Positions 11,005 to 23,319 of a stretch of 64,000 nucleotides of DNA are shown here, piece after piece. The number at the start of each line of letters is the position of its first letter. Position 1 is the first letter of the stretch. A program made the position numbers and the translations under genes. The stretch is from Flaccisagitta enflata (Eukaryota). Where the stretch lies: NCBI GenBank assembly GCA_965153355.1, contig OZ231126.1, positions 19,778,001-19,842,000 on the forward strand. The letters run 5' to 3'. The notes beneath the pieces were generated by a model. It saw nothing but the letters and a program-made list of their open reading frames with translations, searched no databases and had not been told where the DNA came from.

Positions 11005-11983
11005 CCTAAAGTGTGCAATCAGTTCTCGCTTAGACGTAGCATTATTGAGCGACGATGTTGACTTGAGAGTTGACTGAAAGAAAGGACAAATCGGCATTTG
11101 ACTATTAGGTCGATCGACGCGAGAAAGCGTCTTTCCCACAAGCGTGCCGTTTCCGCGAATATTTGAACTGAACAACATGACTGCCATGATCTCCTTCGTG
11201 ATATTGCCGATCAAATGGAATCGGCGAAGTTGCTGCATCCCCATTTTTCTCCTCCATCCACTTCAAACTACGTCCACCCTGGCGTAACGGCCCTCATATT
11301 ATCCCATTTTCCATTACCCCAACCGTTGTCTATGATCCCCAAAAATGCTTTCTCCCCCGCAACCCTCCGAATTTTCGCTCCTAAAACTGTTCCAGTGATT
11401 TTTTAGTCTTGTAAGTGAGATTAAACGCGCGAATATTTTGCATAACTTTTCTTTCCCTCAGCCGTATGTGTTCGTTGGATGTGGGGCGCATTAGCTCCGA
11501 TCGCTTGATAATGACGCTGAAACTATGTCAATCGTTTCCTCCGAGCCTCCATACGATAAGAGGGGATGACTGTGTCTCGATGACGGCTTCTCGTTGATTT
11601 GACCTTTTTCGTTTCTGCCTCCGAGACCCCCGCACCGAATGATGCACGTCGACAACAAACTCAATCGCAATAACTTTCTCTGAGCGTCGACGGAGAATAA
11701 CTAACCGCTAATGCCCAGTTCTAAACAAATAAGAGACTCTCGCTAACGACTCATTTTCAACGCTGGCGTGGTCGCGCCCTCTAACCCGCTGAGGCAGCGT
11801 CTCGCTGTTATCTTCACGCCTTACACATTATTTACAAACAAACTAACACGCCTTCCTTCCTTGTTACATCGTCGAGCTAACGACGTTAACAGATTATTTT
11901 CGTTTTTGGAACCTTTTACATTTATTTCGGAGAAAATCAACTAATCCCTTTCGCGTTTTGTGATAAATTACTACTAAAAGAAA

Positions 11984-14900
11984 ATGGAGGAACAGGAGTG
12001 GAAACACTGCTCCAAATGGCTCATCAGATGCAGCATCTTGCCGCAGGACCACAAGGTATCATTTGTTGGATGTCGACTGACAAAGGCGTTCGAGTTGTTA
12101 AAGTGTTAATTCTGTTGTAGGTTTTGAAGTTTCCAAGGAATCCCCTGTAGTCAGTATGTTTAATTGAAGGTAATGACTGGTGCGGTGATAATATCATTAA
12201 TGTTTCAGGTAACGTCGGCCAAGGCGACGGTGGTCGACTTGGCCCAGAATCTCAGAGATGGCGTTTTGTTGTGCCTTCTCTTGAACAAGTTGTCACCGGG
12301 GGCGGTCGACAAGAACGACATCTCTCAACGTCCCCAAATGTCGCAATTCCTCTGTCTCAAGAATATTCGCACTTTCCTTCAAGTAAGGTTCCTGGTTGCG
12401 ATCTCATTTGGTCTCCCTTTGGCTTTGCTATGGATTGGCAACTTCTTCCCCTAACTTCATCCCATGTCCTGCTCCTTGGTCGGCCCCTTTTTCTATGGGG
12501 ACTGTTCCTTTTAAAATGATCTGCAATTTTCCTTTCTCCCCGACACGAATTTTATTCTCCTAACGGCCCGAGCCCCCCCCCCCCTTTATTTTTCCACCAA
12601 CCTCATTCCCTGAAATTTCTTCCATTACAGACGTGTGAGAATCGATTCGGATTAAAGCCTGAATCGCTTTTCGATCCTTATCAACTGTTCGAGCTGACAG
12701 ACTTTGCCCGAGTCATTGCAACGTTGTCAAAACTGTCTAAATCACCGGCGGCTTTGAAGACGATCGCGCCGGGATTTCCGCCGGAAAGCTTCCGATCCGG
12801 CAGCAAGTACGACGACGAGGAAATTTACATGCATTTGGAACACTTCGCCAACGAGAACTGCATCGAAGACAGTCAGTTGGACGACGTGTACGATGTCGTT
12901 AATGCCGAAGACCCGGAGGAGATCTACGAGGAGATGTGCAAGGTGATTCAGCGGATTCACTTGATGTTGCGTGTAGGCCTAAATGTTGTTTTCGCTTTTT
13001 TAGGTTGTCGCGTATGTGGTGGTCATTTGATTGTTTTGCTGTCGTTGTGTCATTGCTCTTGCTGGTATGTGGTTGCTGCAGTCGTTGTCGTCGTCGTCGT
13101 CGTCTTTGCACTTGGTAGCTTGTCATTTGTCAAATGTCAATCATTTTATCTAAGGTTCTTTCCATTCTCTCCTTTCAGACCTCTCGGCCGAAGAAAGATT
13201 CTGGAGTCTTCTCTCCTGTGACAAAGCGCGACTACTGCGCGCAGGAGCTCGTCGAAACCGAGAAAAACTACGTCGACGCCCTCAACATGATCCACAAGAA
13301 CTTCTACCTTCCTCTAAGGGGATTCGTTCCCAAAGAAGACAGGTTCATTGAAACGAAATGGTTTCATTTGTTTTTGAACTATTTACATCAATCTCTTTCA
13401 TTTATTCACTTATTCACTCATCCAATCATTGCCTAATTGATTTATTCATTCCTGCACTAAGCCATTCATTCATCAATTCATTCATTTCTTCTTTCCTTCA
13501 TCCATTGATTCTTTGTTCATCAATTCATCATCCTGCATCCTGTCGAATTACGTTTATCCATCCACCCATCCATTCAGGGAGAGAATCTTCATGAACATTG
13601 AGGATTTGCGCAGTTTGCACATTTCCTTCTACGAGGATCTTCAGAAGAATTACCCGGACAATATTAGCGGATGTTTTGAGAGACATCGTGACAAGTTTCT
13701 CATCTACGGTCATTATTGCTCCCTATTGACCAAGGCTCAAGATCATATCCAGTCCATCACCAGTACGTCATTTCGCGAAAACGTTTTTAAGAAAACAAAT
13801 TTTGATTTCTTTATTACGAGTGGCGCCAGAGAATATCTGCCGGGAAAACAGAATCATCCAAAAAACCAGCGATAGCAATTTCAACTTCCACTGCTTTGTT
13901 CGATTTGAAACCCCTGCAGGCAAAAACGAACAAATTAAATCAAAGATTCAAGAATGCGAAAAAATGGCGAAAGACGGGAAGTTTCGTCTGCGTGACATTC
14001 TCTCGGTTCCGATGCAAAGGATCCTCAAATATCCGCTGCTTTTGAGAGATCTACACAAGTACACCGTCGATCCACATTCCGACAGAGAAGGTAAATTTCT
14101 TGGTCGGAAATGCAGATCGGGTTCGAGGTCTGTCTGTGATTTGAGATCGAGTCTTTATGTTTCGCCGAAAACAATGGGTTAAGTAATGTATTAGGCTAAG
14201 TTTTATTGGATTGATCATTATCGGGTCTTTGAGGGACTAGGAGTAGGAGCGGCTGATTTATGCGGATCCAAAAGGTTTAGTACCACTACCAGGGTGGGGA
14301 AAACGAAGTCATTGTAAAGTTGCGTCTATTAGGAATTTTCCATAATCTTACGCAACCCTTTGTTAATGACGTGTTAGGCTATTATTGGCTATTTTAGTCT
14401 ATATGATTCTCTTAGTAGTCATGCATGATTGGCTAGAAAGCCGGGAGTCACAAGAATTCATAGATGAATTATGCGATAAATCACTGCGTAGAGCGAGATT
14501 CTCTGCCTTTAGTTAATTCACAAATGTTCTTCAGAGAAGAAAGACATACAAATAAGACTTTCTCTTTTTAAAGTAAAAGCAAGGGCGCATTAAGCTAATG
14601 AATTGGGCTATTTTCTTTGGATTAAACAGTAAAACTTACTAGTTTTGGAAAGAATCCGTTTTCTCATTGTAATCTCATTACATTACAAATCCTTTTGCAA
14701 TTATGCGTCTTTCAACCGCCTGATTCAGTGTTCACCTTCTAATAGAAATAAGGCAGACAGTGATAGTCACCAATAAAAAGATCCTGAATTCAGAATTTAG
14801 CTAACTACTAGTCAAACAAGGACGGATACACGGCTACCCCAATCGCGTGCAGGTGGGCAGGAGCAGTGCTAGAGAAGGTCACTAATAATTTGGGCAGGAG

Positions 14901-17900
14901 CAGTAGGCTCAAAAAGCCGAAAAAGTAAATAGTCGCAAAAGCGTTAGATGGTCAGCGGTACCCATTGCCCCTATGTGAGTATTTGTGGATGTGTGATAGT
15001 GAGAAGCGCAGCAGCCTTGAAGGGGCTGATGACCTATGATAAGCAAGTTTGAGGCTCCAGGCTTGAATTTGAACATCAAGCATGGGATTTGAGCTTTGTG
15101 GATGTGATTTGGTCGGGGCTGTGATTTGAGTTTCCAGGATGTGTTTAAAGCCAAGGATGTGATTTGAGTCTCGAGGCTGTGATCTAAGCCTTGAGGAGAT
15201 GATTTAAGTCTCAAGGCTGTGATCTGAGTCTCGAGGCTGTGATTTGAGCCAAGATGCTGGGATTTGCCTTGAGGCTAGGACTTAAGCTTGAGGTTAGGAT
15301 TTGGGCCTTTGGGCTAGAATTTGGGCCATTAGGCTAGAGTTTGGGCCTTGAAGCTGGAATCTGAATCTCAAGGTTAGGATATGAGCTTCGAAGGGGGTGG
15401 ACAGACGGAGAAGGAGAAGGAGGAGAAATTTCCCCCGTGTGAAAGCATAGGCCTTCGGGGCCGCTGCCCAAAAAGGGGACCAATCAACCGACCGCCCGAC
15501 CGACCAACCGACCGCCCAACCGACATAGCGGGGTGTAGTCGCGTAGCATGCGACTAGAAACTACTTCACTCCTTTGCTCTAAAAGCTGACGATCAATTAG
15601 TCATAGACCTCAGAAACCTAGCTTATTCTACAAACTGCCCCCTTTAATGATAATAATAAGATTTGCCAAGTTTCATGACCGTCTGACAAGTCCCGGATAG
15701 GGCTGCCACTCCCCATTTTATATTTTCTCCCATTGAATCCTATGATGATTGGAGGCGGGTGGGGGCCCTATCCGGAACTAGTCAGAACTCACTCAGAAGG
15801 TCATGAAACTTGGTAGATCTTTTTATAATGATAAATGGGGGTAGTTCGTAGGATAAGATGGGTTTCTGAGGCCTATGACTTCGTTTCCCCCACCCTGTCA
15901 AGTACTGCATCACCCAAGTTTTGACCCATCTTCCTATTCAGGTTTGGCGGCCGCTTTGGAGACCATGCAGGATGTCGCCAAGTACATCAACGAAGTCAAA
16001 CGAGACAATGAAACTATCAACACCATTCTAGAGATTCAAAGAAGCATCACCGATATCAACATGCCTCTCAACACTTACCTGACGGATTATGGGAAATTGC
16101 AGGTTAGCCGTTAGACTCTAGGAAAGAGCCACCTATGCCAACGGAAGTTTTTAGTCGCGTGCACGCGACTCTACAACCCGCGTTGTCGGTCGGTCGGTCG
16201 GTCGGTCGGTCGGTCGGTTGGTCGGTCACACTTTACTTGTTTTCAAATTTAATTTTTTTTGACCTCACTGCTCCTGCCCAAGGTTCTGGTGACCTCAAAT
16301 ATGGCCCCTCCGGTAGCCGTGTATCCGGCCTTGTTCAACCTCCTCTTCTAACCTTATATGTCATTCATTATGGATGGTTGGAACTATGATTGATGGGAAA
16401 TCGAGTAGATCGTTTTTGATTTTCTAGTTCTGACTAATTTGCACGTGACGATATTTTGCAATTCCCAGCGTGACGGCGTTTTGCGCATTAAAGCCCATGA
16501 AGATCAGAACTCTCGTCAACGGACTCGTCACGTGTTTCTCTTCGACAAAGTGATGTTGATGTGTAAGCCCCACGGCGAAGAATTCCGCTACAAACGCGCT
16601 TTGGATTTGGCGAAATACAAGGTCGAGGATCGAGTCACCAGCGATACCGGCAACTGGGGACACCAATTCGTCTTGTCTGACATCAGCAACAATCATGGTG
16701 AGACTTGAGCGCGTCAAAAGGTTGTTAAGACTTGGCGATAGGAAAGTCATTATCATTTAGTAGATCTATGCGAACGATCTATGCGAACGATAAAGCCCTA
16801 ACATTTGAACCGATTAGTGATGTACTCGCTCACAGCCACGAGTCAGTCGCGTTGGAACAATCTCATATTAAGTTAAGTAAAAAAGAATCATTCCCTATAG
16901 GCTATACATTTTTGTTCTCAATACAACGTTATCGCAATGATCTTTGTCCGCAGCCTACACGTGCTACGCCAAGACTCTGGAAATGAAGCGGAAATGGGTG
17001 GACGCGATACGGTTGGCGCTGGAAAACACGATTCCTCCTTATTCTCGAACGGCGTCGCACGAATTCACCCTGCAGACATTCTCCGAGCCCACCGTCTGTT
17101 CCGTCTGCCGCAAACTTCTCTACGGCATCTTCTTCCAAGGCTACCGGTGCAATCGAACCGACACGAACGCCCACAAGGACTGCATCGTCAAGTGCACCAT
17201 GGAGTCGTCGGGGCAGGTGGCTGTTGCCGCCGGTGGTGGTGGTGGTAATGGCGCCGGTTACATTTCGAACAATGCGTCCTCACCTTGTCCCCCTCCTCCT
17301 CCTCCTCCGACGGCGATTTGTCGCGCCCGCGCCATCGCCACGTACAAGGGAGATCCTTCGCCCGGACTTGACTTGGATACGCTGACATTTATCGAGGGAG
17401 AAACCATCGAGGTTTTGTCTAAATGTGATAAGTTTTGGTGGCAGGGCAGAATGGCCAAGACGCCTCCGATAGGTGGTGGTTGTGGTGGAGATGCGGGTGC
17501 GATGGGCGTGGATCAAGTGCCGGAAAAGCCCGGCTTTTTCCCGGCGCATTTCGTCAAGGAATTGGCCCATGGTCGGTCTTCCGTTCCTCAAAGTCCGCAG
17601 GCGATCGATTCAACCGTCCTCTTCGGCGGCGGTGGTGGTCACGCCATGAATAACGGACACGTCAGTCCTGGGTTCGTGTCTCCAGGAGTGAAAAACGATC
17701 CCCTCTCGCCGAGTCAAAGAATGAACATCCTCAATCCACCGTCGCAACTGCAGCAGCAGCAGCAGCAGCAAAATCCTCATCAGCGCCGTCACTCGCTGCT
17801 TCAGCAACAACAGCAGAAGAGCGCCGAAGACGAGCGGTCGGAGTTGATGGGTTATTCATGGTTCGCCCGACAGATGGAGCGACTTCAGGCCGAAGAGGCG

Positions 17901-19409
17901 CTCAAAAATGCCGCCCAAGGAACATTCATGATACGGGAGAGCGTCAGAACGGGAGGTACGGTTTCTCTGAAATGAAAAAAAAACATCTGCGGTCAAGGAT
18001 TGGGTCAAAAACTCAAGGTAGACTTGTTTGCTTGGTTGTTAAAATTGGTTGCAGTTGAGCGGTTGATAATGGCTCATGAGATCCTGAGATCATTGGATTC
18101 TGGCCATGTTACTAAAATTAGATTATTTCTTCACTATCTTTAGTTCTTTACTCTTCAGTCATTTCAATCCTCTTCCCTCTCCTCTTTCTCTTGCCTGCGC
18201 TCCTTCACCTTTCGCAGGTTTCGCGCTGTCTCTAGTTTACGGCGACGACGTGAAGCACATCAAAATCCAAGTTTCCAATACCGAAGGACTTTACTTTCTC
18301 GCCGACGTGAAGTTCTTCGCTTCTATCCCAAAGCTGGTCGATCATTACTCGCGCATTTCTCTCGTCGGTAGTTTTCCCGGCCTCGATACAGTATTGAAAT
18401 ATCCATATCATCAAATGTGAGTGCCGAGTTCCGAGCGTGAGATTCTTTGTAACCTTGATTTGTATTCATCTTTGCGCAGGTTTGACTTTACTGACGGAAT
18501 TTTCTTCATCAAGCAATTCTTGCTCTCTTGCAACGATTCGTAGTAATGTTTTGCCATGTAATACGATAGGATATGATAGGATTACCATTGATAAGCTGAA
18601 AAAAAGATTGGAATTTATCATGGGCTATCGAGTGTTGCAAACTGCCGAGTCATAGGAGAGTAACAAATCTTTATTTCTTCAGGCCGGCCAATTCACCGAA
18701 GGTATCAATAAAGATACTAAGCTACGCCATCGCCATGTACGATTTCACTCCCACCGACACAAATCAGGTGAGAGGTGAAATTTTTCATCTTTTGCTGCAT
18801 TTCAAACCTTATGCTGCTTTTCTCATCTTTTGTGCTTTTGCTGCATTTTTCATCTCTTGCTGCATTTTCATCTCATGTTGCATTTTCCTCTTTTGCAACA
18901 TTTTTTGCAGCACTTTTATCTTTTGCAGCATTTTTCATTTTTTGTAGCATATTTTTCATCTTTTGCTGCATTTCTCATCTTTTGCTGCATTTCTCATCTT
19001 TTGCTGCATTTCTCATCTTTTGCTGCATTTCTCATCGTTTGCTGCATTTCTCATCGTTTGCTGCATTTCTCATCGTTTGCTGCATCTCTCATCGTTCGCT
19101 GCATTTCTCATTGTTTGCTGCAATTTTCATCTTTTTAAAGCACTTTTCATCTTTTGCTGCATTTCTTATCTTTTGCTGAATTTTTCATGTATCGTCTACT
19201 CTTCCTTCTTTCCTCAGTTGGCTCTTCGTCGCGGTGATCGTTTGGCGGTTGTCTCCAAAGCGGGAGACGATCGTGGATGGTGGAAGGGTCAAGTTCAGGT
19301 CTCCGGTGCTTCCAAGAAAATCGGATACTTCCCCAAAAAATACGTTAAAGAATTGCGGGACGACTTTGCCGCATCTTCGTTTGCCTTGCCGAATTTCTCT
19401 CATGCTTAG
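11984..19409 (+). CDS. VAV: Vav-family guanine nucleotide exchange factor, 12 exons, 981 aa
   Basis: Exons 11984-12055, 12209-12382, 12631-12942, 13179-13342, 13578-13762, 13920-14090, 15942-16102, 16469-16697, 16954-17955, 18218-18416, 18683-18767, 19218-19409; all GT-AG with consistent phases (2946 nt total). CH ([24 protein letters not shown]), acidic region with three Tyr, DH ([25 protein letters not shown]), PH (VFLFDKV), C1, SH3, SH2 (FMIRES, VKHIKI), SH3. Confidence 0.96.
14814..15560 (-). mobile_element. Helentron/DINE-1-like non-autonomous element with a second such element nested inside (~14946-15475)
   Basis: Ends AACAAGG-CGGATACACGG and GTCGCG..CGACTAGAAA with (CCGA)n; the insert carries GATTTGAG tandem units and ends GGGGCCGCTGCCCAAAAA, as at 26438-27034. 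Confidence 0.7.
15599..15879. mobile_element. Foldback (palindromic) MITE-like element
   Basis: AGTCATAGACCTCAGAAACC...CAAGTTTCATGACC...CCGGATAGGG is mirrored by CCCTATCCGG...GGTCATGAAACTTG...GGTTTCTGAGGCCTATGACT. Confidence 0.75.
16148..16335 (+). mobile_element. Helentron/DINE-1-like element (family A)
   Basis: TTTTAGTCGCGTGCACGCGACT hairpin start, (GTCG)n microsatellite, end GCCGTGTATCCGGCCTTGTT. Confidence 0.75.
18775..19185 (+). repeat. 19-bp minisatellite filling Vav intron 11
   Basis: Tandem TTTGCTGCATTTCTCATCT and variants, period 19. Confidence 0.9.
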
Positions 19410-20450
19410 TAGTATTCCTCTCTATACGTTTCCTCATCAAAATCCGAGTTTGCCTTGTTGCTAGATTAGTCATTTTTATATATACATACTGTATTTCGTG
19501 TGGTCGAAATTCCTTCCGCCCCTTCTCATTCGTTATTTGATGTATAAATGTATCAATTAGAATGCCGAGAATTGATCTTTGCTCTAGATCGATACTACAG
19601 AAATCATGTTGTTCCTCGTGAGTCTCATATTGATGATTTTGATACATTTATTTTGACGTTTGTTGCATAATAATATCAAATATGTACACGAGTTTTCTAC
19701 TACATTTTGCGATTATTATTTTCGTAAATATTCCCACCGTTTTTTTTTACATTTACACATCGAGAACGGACGACAGGTCCTCATTAAGTGTTAAGCATTG
19801 CATTGCGGTTCATGATGGGAACACCCGTTATTTTCGTAATTGATGGACTGACTTACCTCATCTACAACTCTTTTCTTATTTTTGAAACAGTAAGAGTAAG
19901 GGTTTCAAGTGGGTTCCTAAATGGACTCTTCAATTGTGAGCTAACGTTTTTATTGCATTATTTAGGCGAACTAAGAAAAGAAGAAATGATGGACTGATGG
20001 ATGGACAGATGGACATGATAGCAAACATAGAATCAAATACCTAAAGGGGGAAACAGTTCAGTTTCTATGAATCTCCACAGGCTTATGTCACAATACGTGA
20101 ACTCATTTAGAGCGTCTTTACATGAGTAAACAAGCCTTTGCAATATGTTGGTCCTGGTCCATTTGAGAACAAAAAGTTCTGTCGATTTGTACCATCAATC
20201 CTGTTAAAATTTAGGAACTTCAATCATTATGGGCTCAATATTTTGCTGTGACCATCGCCGAACATCAAACTGACAATCCACTCTATTCGATTTGCTCTCT
20301 AGTCAGTAGTTACATGTCTAGTGTTTATCCTGTTGAGACCCCACCCTAGGCAGCATGAAACTTCTATCTATTCGAATTTATTGTTTGTTAGTCGTGTAGG
20401 ATTTCCGTTCGTCACTTGAGGTTGGTAGATGTCTTGTCTTTTGATGATTA

Positions 20451-20682
20451 ACCATAGCGTCAATAAAACTGGCCGTTTTTCTGGGTCTTACTTTACTGTC
20501 TTTGCTTGAGAAAACTACCTTAACTTGAGATAAATTGATTAAGATTGGGGATTTCTGGAAAGCTCTTCGAAAGATCTTTCATCTGAGTTATGTCTGGAAT
20601 CTGTATCTGTAGCTCAAACGGTTGAGAAATTAAAGCAGTTAGATTGAGTTTTGAAAACGGCCAGATTTATTGACGCTATGGT
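20451..20682. mobile_element. MITE with ~30-bp TIRs, TA-flanked
   Basis: TA|ACCATAGCGTCAATAAAACTGGCCGTTTT ... AAAACGGCCAGATTTATTGACGCTATGGT|TA. Confidence 0.85.
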
Positions 20683-21281
20683 TATCTCGTGAATGCCAAA
20701 GATTAAAATGTGCAAAATAAAAAATACCGTTTAAAATGACATTGAAAAATACAGTCATTCACCAACCCGGTCATGAGTTGTTCCATCGTTTCTTCCATTT
20801 CAAATTTCATAAAACGGAAATCCTATCAAATCGTCGAGCTTTCAAATGTGTAGATTTTTCTGTTGCATCATTCCCGGAAGGCGCCTTCCCATATCGATTG
20901 GCCGTGGCGAAGTGCTCTAGATTCGCCTGATAGGTAGCTCATAGGTACCCGTTTTAATTGTTTTTTTTTTGGGGGGGGGGGTGGGGAAGAGGGGGGGTGA
21001 TGTGACAGTATGCTGATGGCGAAGTGTCTTGAAAGTCTTATTTGATTAAGCGTTAAAAGATTCCGATTTTCCTCATAATTGTTCATTTTAACTCGACTGA
21101 AGTCGTATCTGGAGCGGTGTCGTAGGGCCATTATCACTCCCATAGATCTGAAGTTTTCTTTTTCTTTCTTTCTCTCTTTCTTTCTCTCTTTCTTTCTTTC
21201 TGTCTTTCTTTCTTTCTTTCTTTCTCTCTTTCTTTCTCTCTTTCTCTCTCTCTTTCTTTCTCTCTTTCTTTCTTTCTTTCC

Positions 21282-21403
21282 TTTTTAGGTGCGATAAAGC
21301 ACCTCTATAACTGGCTGTGTCCGTTGATTGGTCTGTCGGTCGGTCGGGTAACGCATTCGTTCGACGATCCACACGTCGCACCTTATTGGCCTACTTGGCC
21401 TTG
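21282..21403 (+). mobile_element. Short Helentron/DINE-like element (family D); inverted copy at ~37870-37946
   Basis: TTTTAGGTGCGATAAAGCACCTCTATA...(GTCG)n...GTCGCACCTTATTGGCCTACTTG; reverse complement present at 37870-37946. Confidence 0.7.
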
Positions 21404-21898
21404 CTTTTTTCTCTTTCTTTTTCTTTTCTTCTTCTTTCTTCTTCTTCTTTCTTCTTTTTCTTCCTTGAATTTAACATGTGTTTCTTCTAGTTTTGTATCT
21501 CTCTCTCTCTCTCTCTCTCTCACTTTCGCCTCGATGGAATCAACTTTATATCTTCGTCTCCTTTTAAGGACGAAATTGTTTATTTTTCGTAGTTATTATT
21601 CCTGTTCTAGACTTGCGCGGAGTTATCTATCGGTTATTCCATATCAACTTTGGAGTTTCTGTAAAATCAGTTTTAGATTCGATGAATCCGTAATAAAGCT
21701 TGAGTATTATTTTCCAGAACAAAGCCATTCTTATTTTGTGCCGGGAAGAAGTATGAGACATATGTTGTTTTAAAAGAGAATTGGTGACGCTCAATCAGTT
21801 CTATGGTCAGTTATCTAAGATATAGATAGTCCTTAGAGGAAATTGTGTAGCGAAGGGGAAAAGATTTGGGCTGCACAAGTGTTCTTAAGGTTTAGGTA

Positions 21899-23050
21899 CA
21901 GTATGATGGGAGCAAAGATGACCTAGACTGGAGGAGAGATTTTAAGTATATTAATTTTAGTTAATGTATGAAAAAATTAAGATCTATTAATTATAGGTTG
22001 TTTTATTGCTTGAATATATTGGTTTCCGTCATTTTTCAACTTGTGACTTGACGTCATCATCACTTCATTTTTCAATATTATAACCTAGCTCATCAGATTG
22101 GGCAAAACATTTTATGTAAATTATAAAAAAATTAGCTCAATTAAGTTTTATGCCTGTTTTAAGCTTTGCTCGGATATTAATTTATATACAGGGTGATTTT
22201 TTTCAAGTTGTGGAAAGTATTAAGGCATCAAATTTTAGTAATGACATTTCAGGATGAACCAAAATTAGTTTATAGTTGCAAACTACTTGATATTTACTTT
22301 TTAAGAAAAAAAATATTTTCGGCAAATTTTGTTAATATTTTTATCAAACCCAAAATTTTAGGAAAATCAATGTTTTTTTTATAAAATTGCTTATATGGAT
22401 GAAGCTGAAATTACAAACTTTTAGTAAAAAACTATTTTGAATAAAAACCAGAGTTAAAATATCCAAATTAGTGCTAAAAGTAAGCTGACATTCAACTTTT
22501 GACCAAAATAAGTTTTTTTTTTTTTTTTTTGCATAATTCAAAAATTCATTATTGTGAAAAAATGATATGAACTTAATGGATTGAAAATGGTCAACTATGC
22601 AAAATTGAATTCAAAACTGGTTAAAAATATTTTTTCTTTCTTGAATATCAAATGTCAAATAGTGTCAAAGTATAAAATAACTTTGGTTTATATTCAAATT
22701 GCATGATATAAATTTGATGTCATAATACTTTCCCCCACTTGAAAAAAATCACCCTGTAATTGTTCTTTTTAAAAAAATAGCCGTAATACCTGTAAAAGTG
22801 GTCTGACTGAGCTGATATTTTTTTAGATTACATAAAATTTTTAGCTCAATCTTATAGGCTCAGTAAAAACGTTGAAAAGTTAAACTCTGATGAAGCGCAG
22901 TCACAAACTAAAGAATGAGAAAAACTAAAATATTCAAGCAATAAAGCAACCTTTAATTAGTATAATCTTAATTTTTTTTTTAAATCAAATAAAATTAAAA
23001 TACTTAAAATCTATCCTCCAGTCTAGGTGGTCTTTGCTTCCATCGTACTG
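21899..23050. mobile_element. Long-TIR foldback MITE, TA-flanked, carrying a nested MITE
   Basis: TA|CAGTATGATGGGAGCAAAGATGACCTAGACTGGAGGA ... TCCTCCAGTCTAGGTGGTCTTTGCTTCCATCGTACTG|TA; arms remain alignable for >200 bp. Confidence 0.88.
22189..22756. mobile_element. Tc1/mariner-type MITE (CAGGGTG termini)
   Basis: TA|CAGGGTGATTTTTTTCAAGT..GGAAAGTATTA..CATCAAATTT ... AAATTTGATG..TAATACTTTCC..ACTTGAAAAAAATCACCCTG|TA. Confidence 0.9.
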
Positions 23051-23319
23051 TAGATGTTTGGAACACGAGGTTAGTAGGTTAGATACATGTGAAATAAAGT
23101 AAAGTATTAAAGTATATAGGTAGGCATATGGCCGAGGTGTGAGCGATAAGAGTTAGGCTGACTGGAATCTCACTACCAAACTGTAAACAATGCGTTGCTA
23201 AGAGACTGGATACATAAAAATAGAATCGGGACGATACCAATTTCTGTAACCTGTAACCTGTAACCTGTTTTGACGTCCGAGTTTTTTACTCGGCAGTAAT
23301 AACGTAGCAGCTTAGAAAT

